This document shows, piece after piece, positions 26,820 to 39,222 of a DNA stretch of 64,000 bases. Location: the NCBI GenBank assembly GCA_030324005.1, contig JARDVH010000025.1, forward strand, positions 74,600,336 to 74,664,335, written 5' to 3'. Each line of letters starts with the position of its first letter. Within the stretch, counting starts at the first letter, position 1. The notes beneath the pieces were generated by a model. It had not been told where the DNA came from, ran no database searches, and worked only from the letters and a program-made list of their open reading frames with translations. The position numbers and the translations under genes are program-made. The DNA comes from Negaprion brevirostris. Lineage: Eukaryota.

Positions 26820-28510
26820 AACCATTGGTTTAGCCGCAACTGGAGTGTTCAAGTCTGGCACCACACCTTTGGAAGGATATGAGGACTTTTGAGAGTGGAC
26901 AGAAGAGATTTCCTGGAATGGCATGGATAGAGATTTGGCTAATGGGCAGGAAACAACGAGTAGGATAAGGGGTTCTTTTTTAGATTGGTGATCTATAACC
27001 AGTGGATTTTCACAGGGATCACTGCTGGGACCGAAACTATTATTAATGACTTGGAGGAAGAAAGCACATATTCTGTAGCCAAATTTGTAGATGACACAAA
27101 AATAGTTGAAAAATCAAGTTGCGAGAGGAATACAAAGAGATATTGAAAAGTTAAGTGGGTAAGATGTTGGCAAATGGAAATGTGGGAAAATGTGAAATTG
27201 TTCATTTGGGAAGGGAGAACAAAAGAACAATATTATTTAAATGGAGAAAAAACTGCAGAAAGCGGCAGCACAAGGGGACTTAGGGGGTACTTGTGCACAA
27301 AACACAGAAGCTAGCACACAGATGCAGTAGGTAATCAGTAAGAGTAATGGAATGTTGGCCCTTATTTCAAAGGGTTGGAGTGTACGTGTCAGGAAATCTT
27401 GCTGTAACTGTACAAGGTCCTGGTGAGACCTCATCTGGAGTAGTGTGAGCAGTTTTGATCCCCTTATTTAAAGAAATGTATTATTTCATTGGAGACAGTT
27501 CAAAGAAGGTTCACTGGGATGATCCCTGGTATGGAGGGATTGTCTTATGAGGAAAAGTTAAAGAGGTTGGGATTTTACTCATTGGAATTTATAAAAATGA
27601 AAGGAAATCTCATTGAAACATATAAGATTCTTAAGAGGCTTGACGGAGTAAGTGCTGAGAGGATGTTTCTCTTCATGGGAGAGTCTTGGACCAGAAGGCA
27701 TGGTCTCAGAATAAAGGGGTGCCAATTTAGAACTGAAATGAGGGGGAATTTCTTCTCTCAGAGGGTTGTCAGTCTTTGGAACTCCTTTCCACAATGAGCT
27801 GTGGGGGCAGAGTCCTTGTGTATATTTAGTTTAGTTTATTTATTAGTGTCACATGTAGGTTAACATTAACAATGCAATGAAATTACTGTTAAAATCCACT
27901 AGTTGCCGCACACTGGCGCCTTTCGGGTACGTTGACGGAGAATTTAGCATAGCCAATGGATCTTTCAGACTGAGAGAGGAAACAGGAGCACCCGAGGAAA
28001 CCTTGAAATAAGGGCCAACATTCCACTTGTCTTTCCGATTACCTGTGCATCTGTGTGCTAGTTTTCTGTGTCTCATGCACAAGTACACCCAAATTCCTTT
28101 GTGTTACAGCTTTCTGCAGTTTTTCTCCATTAACATAGTACCCTGTTCTTTTGTTCTTCCTTTCAAAATGAACAATTTCACATTTTCCCACATTAGACTC
28201 CATCTGCCAACTTTTTATGCAGACACAGGGAGAATGTGCAAACTCCACACAGACAATGACTCAAACCGGCAATTAAACCGGGTCCCTGGCACTGTAATGC
28301 AGCAGTGCTAACCACAGTGCCACCATGCAGTCCCTACTTAAGTCTGTGATAGATTTTTGATGAGCAAGGGAATCAAAGATTACAGGAAAAGGGCAGCAAA
28401 GTGGACATGAGGAGTGTTGGATCAGCAACATTCAATCTATTTGAATGGTAGAGTAAGCTCAAGGGGCCGAACATCCCTCTCCTGTTCTTATTCCTTATGG
28501 TGTTATGGAG
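26820..28510 (+). mobile_element. CR1 LINE 3' portion, interrupted by a V-SINE at about 27828-28330
   Basis: KFVDDTK, VRPHLE and LETVQRRFTGMIPGMEGLSYEEKLKRLGFYSLE. The 3' UTR resumes after 28335. Confidence 0.92.
27828..28330 (-). mobile_element. V-SINE with alternative tail, containing an inverted CR1 fragment (28001-28215)
   Basis: The tail tttattagtgtcacatgtaggttaacattaacaatgcaatgaa and the V domain, which is split at gaggaaacc|...|atgcagacacagggaga. Confidence 0.8.
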
Positions 28511-28589
28511 AGATTGTAGTGACATGGATAGAGCAGAGAAGCTAGGGTTGTTATTTGAGCAGTGTTGGCCAAGAGATTTTGTTAAAACT

Positions 28590-28883
28590 TTAAAATTTAT
28601 TTATTAGTCACACTTAGACTTACATTCTCATTGCAATGAAGTTATTGTAAAAATCCCGTAGTCGCCACACTCCACCATCTGTTTGGGTACACTGGGGGAG
28701 AATTTAGCCTGGTCAACGCATCTAACCAGCACATCTTTCAGACTGTGGGAGGAACCCGGAGCACCTGGAGGAAATGCATGCAGACACGGGGAGAATTTGC
28801 AAACTCCCTGTGACCCAAACTGGGAATCGAACTTCAGTCCTGGCGCTGTGAGGCAACAGTGCTAACCACTGTGCCACCTTGGC
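28590..28883 (-). mobile_element. V-SINE with alternative tail
   Basis: Same head, V domain and gcaatgaagtta tail as the other copies. Confidence 0.88.
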
Positions 28884-29268
28884 TTAAAGAATGATGGATT
28901 TAGACAGAGTCCATGAAAGAGAAACTGTTTCCACTGGCTGAAATAGAGTATAAAGATTGATGAAATAGAGTATAAATAGAAATAGAAATAGGCTGAAATA
29001 GAGTATAAAAATTAACTCGAAGTGAATGGGGGAAAGTGTTTTTATGCAACAGTGAATAGGATTTAACAGATTCAATGGTAGTGCTCAAAAGGGAATTGGA
29101 TAAATAAGTGAAGGAAAACAGGTTGCAGAGATATGAGGAAAGAATGTGAGACTAACTGGGTGGCTCTTGGAACCAGAACTATCTCAGTATTTGCAATGTC
29201 CATAAAAGCTCTTGGTTAAAAATATAAGGCTTATTCTTTTACCAAATTCTTTCCCTTTGATTCTTGAA

Positions 29269-29369
29269 TCATTATGTGATGCTCTAAACCTTATTTCTGT
29301 CAAGCTAGATATATAGCAATTAGCAATATCTAGCTTGACAGAAACACAGTTTGGAGAATCACATAATGA
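29269..29369. other. ~100-nt imperfect palindrome / stem-loop
   Basis: tttctgtcaagctagatat and atatctagcttgacagaaa form a perfect 19-bp stem, extended by the outer arms tcattatgtgat and atcacataatga. Confidence 0.9.
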
Positions 29370-30584
29370 GCTCTTTATGCAGATTCATGATGTTCCTGAT
29401 TTTCCAATGATGATTGTGACAAAGATCCAAATGCTTCAAATACCTTTTAAGTTGCTTAAACTGTGATTGGTGCATGTATCAAAATAATGGAGCACGGATT
29501 TTGTTGCAAACAGATTTAACATCCATACTCTCGTAATCCCACAGCATCATTTGAGCACCAAATTTCTATAACTTCTAAATTTGCATAAGCCTTAGCACAC
29601 TTGAGATTTGCCCTAGAAATGATTTCTGGTTGACCTTTATGTTTATGTGGCATTGTACAGCATTATGTAGTGAGTGCCAGTAACCTTACCTTGACCTCCC
29701 ACCACACAAGGGGAACCCCTCCATTGGGGCTCCTCAGCGGTCATGTCCCTGGAACTGGTCCCGGCACAGGTTAGCACTGTCAACCTGTGCCAGAGGCAGT
29801 GCCATCCTGTGCAGAGGGAAGTATCAGGGCACTACTTGGCATGTCCATCTCTCCTTGAGGGCTATACTTACCTCAGCATCCTGGCATTCTTCAACAGTGA
29901 AAACTGCTTCTGAGCCACTCTGACAAGTAGGTAGCACACCAGCACAAAGCCTCGGTCAAGTGAACGATGCAGTTGTGGCCTCCTAAATAAGACATCTTTT
30001 GCTGCCACAGACATATGCATATGCCTGGATATGCCTGATACATAGTGAGTGAACACCGTGACCCAAAAAAATGTCAATTTTCTTAATCTTCCTAACCTAC
30101 TTCTATGTATAGGTACAACCCTGATACATGCAGCAGAGACAGAAGCAGGTTGCTGACTTTTACACCCTGTTTTCTTTGATGACTTTGGTGGGTGTCCTCT
30201 GGAGGGCTAGACCTGGAGAACCTCACCTTTCTTTGGGGTTCCTGCCGTGAGGCAGGTGCGCCCTCCTCAGCCTGTGCAGCTAGAGGGAATAGGGTGACAG
30301 GCAGACTGAATTGGGCTGAACACTCATCGAGTCACTCGACTGGTGTGTCTGGCTGTGGGTGCCCGAGGGACCCCTGCCTGACTCTGTGAAGCGAAGGGGC
30401 CTCTGCAGAGTATCCCTGTCATGCTGAAGATGTAATTTGTGCAGGACGATAGGTGAGATGCTGATAAAGGGGCTTTCAATGCTGATATCTCCCCCACTCA
30501 TGTTGTGTGAGATCCCTGAGCTGTGAGATGCTTTGAATGCATGATGCCATTATGAGAGTGTGAGTTTGGAGTGAGCTGAAAGTT

Positions 30585-30800
30585 GACTTACCCTAATGGA
30601 ACAGAAGAGATCTTTCATCCTCTTCCTGCACTAGCTGGCATTTCTGTGGTGGCTGCAGACAAAGCTGACCTCCTCCTTGAATGCCTCCCAGACTGGTGAG
30701 GTGAGGTTGCAGGACCTCTTGATTTCTTCCCTGTGTGTCAACAGTCACCTCTAACTTAAAGTCCTCAGGGAACCATGACTAAACCTTGGTGCATTCTTCT
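30585..30800 (-). mobile_element. Harbinger Myb/SANT-like accessory gene remnant
   Basis: The reverse strand reads APRFSHGSL...TSPVWEAFKEEVS...RNAS*CRKRMKDLFCSIR, followed by the donor |gtaagt. Confidence 0.7.
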
Positions 30801-32432
30801 TATTGCTCGGGAACTTTGGACTCACAATCTGGCTACAGAGAGTAATGTGTGCATATGGGTGGCATTTGAATATGGTACCAAGAACTTTGACCTCTATGAG
30901 GTATGGCAGGTGGATGAATGAATGCTTGCCCTTCAATGAGCTTATGTATCATGAAGTTTCAAACACAAGATCAGATATGAGAGCCAGATCCACTAATCAG
31001 TGAGAAAATCATTGCTCATCCTGCATATCAATGCGTTTAGTCACCAGAGCAGAATATCCCACCCAACATAATGTTAGCTATCTAAGACTCTCTAGGCTGG
31101 CCTGTCTTAACTCAATCCAAGGTTTTATTTCTGTTGGAGGGGGAGGGAAAACAACACATTGTAGATTTAATTGAATGATTCCAGTCTCGATTTATTTTCA
31201 GAAGATTACAATCCGGATGTTTTGGGTATTAAAACACTTGCATCTTTCAAATCCGGCCTAGCATTAACTCCAAATAAGGACTCCTACCTTCAGCTTCTGG
31301 TGGGAATTGAGGTTTTTCCTCTACAATCCAACCTGTTTATTTTCTTCTGACCTTTCCCTATGGTCAACTTCCACATCTAAAGGTCATCCATGGTCCATGT
31401 TCTGGATGAGGGAGCTGCATTTGGATTTCCTTCAACAACATTCATATAAATATTGCAACATTTTATAGTATGGTTTCATCTGCAAAATTCAACTGCTCAG
31501 AATCAAAAATTGTATACATTTAACACCATTTAAACATTTTACAGTGCTTATTCATTTACCCAATTTGTGTTTTTCTTCAGATACTAGTGATTGTGTGTGT
31601 AAACTCCAACACCAGTTGTGATATTCCCAGGTGACTGGTTCACAGTGCAGTCACATAAGTTCTAATCATCCACACAGTGAGAATGATCATCAGTTTTAAG
31701 CATCCACCACAAAATGTGACTGGACCACATAAAACCTTTGCTCCCCTCTTACCAATTAAGAACCATCCAGGACACAAAGCAAATAGCAACTCATTAAAGT
31801 CCTTCACACTGTTTGCTCCCTTCAAACCCTAACCTCCACCGACAAATGCAAGGAACTAATTGGGCAGGATTTTCTGATCCCGCCAGCAGCGATCAACTGA
31901 CTTTTACCACTCTCCAAATTTTCTGGCTGTGCCTGTGCTGATGCACACTGAGAGTGGGACTGGAAAATCCCAACCATTGTGCTCTTTGTCATGAAGATTG
32001 ATGACATTGGTTCAGTTGCCTCTGCAGCATTCCTCTTTTCCCAGCCAAAACTCCCCTAAGATTCCTCCTGCTCTCAGTATGAAACTGTGTGCTGAATTTA
32101 GTGGTCATGTGGAGAGCCCATCCATCAGCTGGAAAACTAGTGGCAACTCAGCACGGCAACTTTAGGAAGGCCCAACAGGATTACGTCCAACTTGGGTACT
32201 TACCTGCCCTGCTATTGGGCTTCCCGTCTCCTGTGAATGAAAGTTTTCTTCCCCACCTCCCCTCAGATATCCTGGTGTGGATTTCTCCCAAGTACTGCCA
32301 GCCAATTGAGGCAGTCAGTTTTCAAGTCTTGGCGGTGCCACAAGGAGCAGTGTCCATTCCTGGCACTGCAAAGTAGCCTATACTGGGGATCGATAATAGA
32401 GCCCTGAAAACACAGGTAATTGGGGCGAGTTT

Positions 32433-32752
32433 AGAATCATAGAATCCCTACAGTACTGAAGGAGGCCATTCGGCCCATCAAGTTTGCACCAATCACAAAC
32501 CCACCCAAGCCTAATTCCTGTAATCCCACATATTTACGCTGTTAATCCCCCTGATTTAGCATGTCAATTTAGCATGGCCAATCACCCTAACCCGCACACC
32601 TTTGTACTGGACTGTGGAGAAAACTGGAGCACACAGAGGAAACCCACGCAGACATGGGGAGAATATGCAAACTGCATACAGTTCGTGACCTGAGGCCGGA
32701 ATTGAACCCGGGTCCCTGGCGCTGTGCTAACCGTTGTGATGCTGTGCCGCCC
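32433..32752 (-). mobile_element. HE1-type V-SINE
   Basis: gaatcatagaatccctacagt tail, V domain and tRNA head. Confidence 0.9.
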
Positions 32753-32805
32753 TTTACCGGGAGGCTCTGGTGAGAGGATGGGGGGAAAGTTTGAAGGGCA
32801 AGGGT

Positions 32806-33083
32806 TATTATTTATTTGTGTCACAAGTAGGCTTACATTAACAATGCAATGAAGTTACTGTGAGAATCCCCCAGTCACCTGTTCAGATACACTGAGGGAG
32901 AATTTAACATGGCCAGTGCACCTAACCAGCGCGTCTTTTAGACTGTGGGAGGAAACTGCAGCACTGGAGGGAACACACACAGAGCATACAAACTCTGCAC
33001 AGACAGTGACTCAAGCCAGGAATTGAACCCAGGTCCCTGGTGCTGTAAGGCAGCAGTGCTAACCACTGTGCCACATACCACCC
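32806..33083 (-). mobile_element. V-SINE with alternative tail
   Basis: gtcacaagtaggcttacattaacaatgcaatgaagttac tail plus V domain and head. Confidence 0.9.
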
Positions 33084-33674
33084 CATAAAGTGTCAGGAAA
33101 AGAGAGACCACAGGCCTACCCACCAGAATATTCTTGGAGGTAAGCCTACGTGGCTTCGACCCTATGGTTAAATATTTTCACGAGCTATTTTACCTCTGCT
33201 CACTCACATATTAATGCTAATCCCTCAACACAAAGCCTAACCAAGAATTCATTTCTATTAGACAGGAAAAGGTTAGGTCAAATAACTGATGTTTATATCA
33301 TGCTGAGAATCGGGGATTCAGAAATAGGAACAGATTTGATAGAACTGAGCACTTGGAGTAGCTTTTAAACAGATTTCCCTGCCATCTTTACTCTCATTAC
33401 TCCATGCAGTTGTGACACATGAGTGGTGGAAGGGGATGTTATGAATCTTCCCTGGCAATGGGGAGCCTTGTCTGCCAGATGTGCAGGTTAGAAATTCTGG
33501 TGTGTGCCACCCATGATTTCCAATTACTCATCAGAAAAATGGCTTCAGCTTCTGATCCGCACTGCTAGCAAAGCTTCCCACTGGTAGGTTAGAGCCAGAA
33601 AACCAGCTCTATCTCACTTACCATTATTGCAGGTCTCANNNNNNNNNNATGAAAAAAGGGTTACAGAAAGCTAA

Positions 33675-34610
33675 ATGCCTCAGAGGCTGGAGATCTAAAT
33701 TGAAAAAACAAAGTGCAGGAAATACTAAGTAAGGTCTGACAGCATCTGTGGAGAAAGAAGCAGAGTTTATGGTTCAGATTTTGACTAGTGAGAAGGGAGA
33801 AGATATACTGTGTGTCGGAGTCCCATTGAAGAGGGAACACCAATAGAAATGGAGCCAGGTGAGGTGAGAACACAGGGCTGGGGGAGGGGTGGGAACTGAT
33901 GTGCATGAAGTAGAACAGCCGTGGGTCTTGTCAGCCAAGGTGGAGTGAATTTCTTGCTTGAGAATTAAGGAAGGCATATCTGAAGCACAGGTGTGGAGGA
34001 TAATGTCAGAACAGATGTCAAGGAGATGGAGATACAGGGAGAATGGAATAGAATCCCTTCTAGGAAGAGAGGTGGGAGGAAGGACAGGATAGCTGTGGCA
34101 GTGACTGGGCTTATAGTGAATATTTGTTGACAGCCTGTTTCCAGAAATGACAAGAATGAAGTCAAGGAAGGCTGATAAAGGACCATCTGATAATGAGGGA
34201 AGGATGGACATTTGAAGCAAAAGTTAATGATTTTTTTCAGTTCAGGGTGAGAGGCAGAAACCACACTGACACAATGTACTTGAGAAAGGAATGGTACCGG
34301 GCACCTGAGTAGGACTGGAACAAAAAATATTCCACGTATGCCGAAAAAAGTCAGGCATAGCTAGGACCCATGCATATTCTGATTGCAACACATTTATTTC
34401 ACTTGGAAGTGAGTAAGTGGAGTCAAGGGAAAGTTGTTCAATGTGAGAGCAATTTCAGTCAGGTGGAGAAAGGTAGATGTGGATGGAAGTGTAGCAATAT
34501 TAGACATCCATAATGAAAAGTTTACAAAGCCAGGGAAGTGGTGGAGGATATCACAAGACTTGCACAATGTGCACAGTGTGCAATGAAGAGACTGGACAAG
34601 GAAGAAGAGA
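33675..34610 (-). mobile_element. Penelope-like element (PLE) remnant
   Basis: LSAFLDFILVISGNRLSTNIHYKPSHCHSY and DSIPFS, the PLE RT thumb region. The terminal sequence ccacagatgctgtcagacc is shared with the elements at 45290 and 48757. Confidence 0.8.
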
Positions 34611-35065
34611 CATTTGTGATCAGTTCAGTTGTTTCAGAGTTGTATTGTAGCACTTAAAAGAATATTTTCTAGAATATTTCCCAAAATAGTTATTTGGTAA
34701 AGTGCTGTCATGGGTCTTCCAAATTTATGCTGTTTCAGTTTGCCAACTCCACTTGCTGTACAGATTGAGAAATCATGGAAAGCATTCCTGTAATTTCTAA
34801 CATGCATGGCTGGCAAGTAAGACTCCCCATGCATTGCACAAGCGCAGAAATCGATCCCCTCCTCATTGACAATTCTGACTAATCCCTTTGTATTTATCCA
34901 AACTTAACTGCCTAATTCATAGGCTTTGTTGTGATTGGTTTTACCCACATAGGTCATGTGCTCAAGCCATTATTGACTTTATGCACACAGACGTGGACAC
35001 ACACATGCACACACACCAACAGCACAGAATCCATTTTGTGGTCAGCAGGACAATCTACCACTATT

Positions 35066-35915
35066 ACAGAATCACACAGCGCAGAAGAGGCCCTTTGGCC
35101 CATTGCGTCTGCTGCAACACATTAGACACACCTGACCTACCTAATCCCATTTACCAACATTTGACCCATAGCCTTGAATGTTATGATGTGCCAAGTGTTC
35201 ATCCAGGTACCTTTTAAAGGACATGAAACAATCCGCCTGTACCACCCTCCCAAGCAGTGCATTCCAGACCATCACCCTCTGGGTAAAGGAGGTTTTCCTC
35301 GTATCCATCTCCCCCCCCCACAAACCTCCTGTCCCTCACCTTGAATATGTGTCCCCTCATGACTGACCCTTCAACCAAGGGGAACAGCTACGACTTATCC
35401 ACCCTGTCTATGTCCCTTATAATTTTGTACACCTCAATCAGATTACTCTTCAGTTTTCTTTCCTCCAACAAAAACAACCCAAGCCTACATAACCCATCTT
35501 TATAACTCAAATGTTCCATCCCAGGCGGCATCCTGTTGAATGCCTCTGCACCTCCTCTAGTGCAATCACATCCTTCCAATAATGTGGTGACCAGAACTGC
35601 ACATAGACCTCTTGCACCAATTTTCTATACAACTCCAGCACAGCTTCCCTGCTCTTGTAATCTATGCCTCGATTAATAAAGGCAAGTGTCCCATATGCCT
35701 TTTTAACAACCCCACAAACGTGCTCTTCTGCCTTCAGAGATCTATGGATAAATATGCCAAGATCCCTTTATTCCGCATGCCATTCATTGAATCCTTCCTT
35801 ATCAAAGTACTCCTTCCAAAGTGTAACACCTCACATTTTTCAGTGTTAAATTCCATCTGTTATTTATCTGCCCATTTGACCATTCTGTCTATATCTTCCT
35901 GGAGCCCAAGTCACT
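35066..35915 (-). mobile_element. CR1 LINE 3' end
   Basis: Reverse strand reads MEHLSYKDGLCRLGLFLLEERKLKSNLIEVYKIIRDIDRVD and FTQRVMVWNALLGRVV. Confidence 0.92.
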
Positions 35916-38900
35916 CAACTACTAAACAGGTTGCAGGCAAAATGTGGTAGCTCTGCTGAAGGGACAGTAATAAGCTGGTGCAATACAAATGTTTCACACT
36001 TTGGCATATTTTTACCTTGATTATCATGAAAGATATTGCATAGTAAAAACAGTACTTTATTGCTGCCCACTTTAATAAAAAAAGGCATTAAGTATTTCTT
36101 TGCAGGTCAGACTGAAATAGGGTGAAGATATTTAGTAATAAGTGAGAATACAAACAAAGCAACTTTTTGATTTTTGTTAAAGTTGGAAAATTGAAGCGAT
36201 CAGACCTTTACATTAGAAATCATGCAAAGATTGTGTAATCAGCTGGGATCTTTGGAATGATTTCTTTGTTACTGTCGGACTCAATATATACATTGTCAGA
36301 GGTGAGGCCGTCGGTGTTACAGAGGTGATATGCTAATGCAAGGTATCTGTATCAATGGATGGCATTCTTAAATAAAATACAAACAATTCTTAACTTAAAT
36401 TGCATGTTTTAATGTGGTCTCTAGTGATTACACACATTACTTTCTCCCTGGACAGAGATTGATAATCAGTCAATAGATGATTATCACTTATGCCACCACC
36501 ATCTTGGTAAGCAGGTATGATCCATTATAAGAAAGGAGGATTAGTCACCAAAAAATTGTGTTATAATGCTGTGCTGAGCAAACATATAGATCTCACGGTG
36601 AACTGGTATGAGACCAGCTTGCATCAGCAAAAGGCACCAGCTGCTTCATTTGGTTGCTTCACTCATTCCCCCTCCATCACCCCCACTAACCCACACACGA
36701 CCAGGGAAAGTTTCTACAACAGTACAAGCTTCATCTCGGCGGTCAACAGAGAGCCTAAGTCGGTGCATGCAACAGTTCCTTAAAATGTTGCAACAGAATT
36801 ACAGAAATGTTAGAAAAAGCTATTCTGTTCTACATCTTAACCAAATGAACAAAACTATGAGTGAAAGATCAGGTGAAAGGGTACATGGCACACTGGTTCA
36901 GAACTTTCAAAAGAACATGATGGAGGCTTCTCCGCAGATCAGACTGAAACAGGGTGACGATAGTTTAGTTTGTTGTTTGATTGACTACTGACCAACGCAG
37001 GCCAAAAAGGTGATGTCACAATGATAGAATTTCTAGTTATGTTAGTATATATTTATTTTAATTGTAGGTAAGAAACACCGCAAATTTATTAATGTTGTCC
37101 CCGTTCCATTATGGGTGTTCTTTTCATTTACTTATATTTTTCCTGTTTNNNNNNNNNNCGTCTCACGCTAGGAGGGTGAGTAAAAAGGCTGCAGACCCCA
37201 CTGATGCTTCTCACTTGAATGCCACTCCATTGCTTAGCCAAGAGGAAGCACTCTTACCGTGGGGTGAGATGGAAAGAATATCATATTTTCCCCGAAGTGG
37301 GAATCTTCACCCCCTCCCCCAGACTGAGGTACAGTGTCTAAACCATTACACTACTGGGTTACTTTGTTTCAGTGAATAATTTTGTCACCCAGCGCATAAA
37401 GCAGGGGTGCATAGAGTAATCGCACAAATTCCTGTGTGTGTTATCAGGACATTTCTGATTGGTTGTTGCCCTGAGATGCCTTAATGATGTCATAATCTTG
37501 TTCCTAAGGAAACCATCTTTTTGTCACTGACTGAATGATTGAATATAATGGCAGCAGGTATTGGTTAAGATCCAATAAAGTGATACCCTAGCCCCTTGCT
37601 TCAAGTATTGAATGCCTATCATAGGAAACTTTAATCAGAAAATCACATCCATAACCTAAGCAGCGATGCCCCATCATTTCCTGAACAGTGCTCCCATGGA
37701 GTGCTGTTTTGTACCAAGAGCATCTTGAAATAGGTTGGGCTTGTGGAATTAACCCCTAATGTAGAATGGAATTACTCAATGGGTAGAATTGGCCTCCCTG
37801 GATGGTTCAGCAAGTTTACCAAAGAAAAGTTGAGCCAAAACGGATCAGAAAGGTTCAGCCTGCTACTGACGAAATGTTAGGTGATCCCATCAGGGTTCAG
37901 GAGGGAAGGATGAATCATGACTCCCACTTCTGATCACAATCTGGAGACATGTGTTTGTGAGTTGATGAGGGTAGGATACAGCTTTGTGGTGGTGACATTC
38001 ACCACTGTTATTGTCAAGAAACCTGCTGAGCTCTCTGGATAGACTCAAATCAGTGTAGCTCAGGAAGAGTCAACATCTTAAGGAAAGAGGAAAAAAAGAC
38101 TGATGAGGTGAAAAAGAGCAGGATGAGGGAAAAAAAAATTTGGAAAGTTAGCAGAAGTGGGGCCATCTGTAGAATAGGCCGTCTCTTCCATGAGCTTTCA
38201 GGGGATTTTGGAAATTTCATGGTAAGGAATATTTGTCAGTGGGATTTTTTTCCCACACTGCCAACTTCCATTAAGAGTAACAAGCACTCCCTGATTGATA
38301 ATGACATTGCTCCGAAACAATGTAGAGCATTCTCCACAAGGCGTTGACATTACATGAATCTTAACCTCAGGAAATTCACACTGCTAACTGGTTGGTTACA
38401 TGACCTTTATATTCCCCAAGCCTTTGGACTATTTCCAAGGATGTTGATTAAGTGATGAATTTTAGTTCTGTGTGATTCCATTAAATCCATGATCACTTCC
38501 CAAACTTCAAACGATTAATGAAAATTTCTCAGGCCATTAGTGAAGTTTAGTGAAGATTTCCTTTGTTGAGAGAAATGGTAAGTGGATCATTATAATTTGT
38601 ACCTATGATTTCCACTTGAAATAGTGAATGCAAATGTACTTACAATTGATTTTTCACACACACTGTAACCAGAGGAATTCTTACCTGCTTGACTATGTGA
38701 AATCATTCTTTATATCATAGTGTTTTTGCATTGTTATTTATATAGTTACTATGTGTAACATCAATAAAACTGCCAGTCATATCCTATCTAGGATATCAGG
38801 AAATAAACCTAATCTAAGAAAAGCATGCGGAGTGATTACAAATTTGACATATTTTGAACACATTCCATTCTTCCACTCCCCCCCCCCCTTTGTTCTCTCC

Positions 38901-39150
38901 NNNNNNNNNNTCCATTCCTGGTTGTAGTCTCTACCACAAGTGGAAACATCCTTCCTGTGTTCAGTCTGTGAAGTCCCCTCAAGGTCTTACAATTCATTGA
39001 GATCAACACTCAAATCTCTAAACTCTAATACAGGAGGTCCAGCCTAACCAATCTCTCTTTGTAAGGTAAGACCACTCTCTTCCACTCCCACCCCACCCAG
39101 CCCACTTTTCTCCTGCTTTCCCTTCACTCGCCAACAACTGGGAGACTGAC

Positions 39151-39222
39151 ATGGAAATCGGAAGATTTCTGCACCACTCCAGTAGCAGCGCGTTGTATAG
39201 CAGAGGTGCAGAGAGTTGTAAG
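39151..39222 (+). CDS. Candidate alternative first coding exon of a short DNMT3A isoform (MEIGRFLHHSSSSALYSRGAESCK)
   Basis: gacATGG start, 24 open codons and a phase-0 donor AAG|GTGACA compatible with the 50176 acceptor. CpGs are locally retained and the sequence is not an obvious repeat. Confidence 0.4.
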
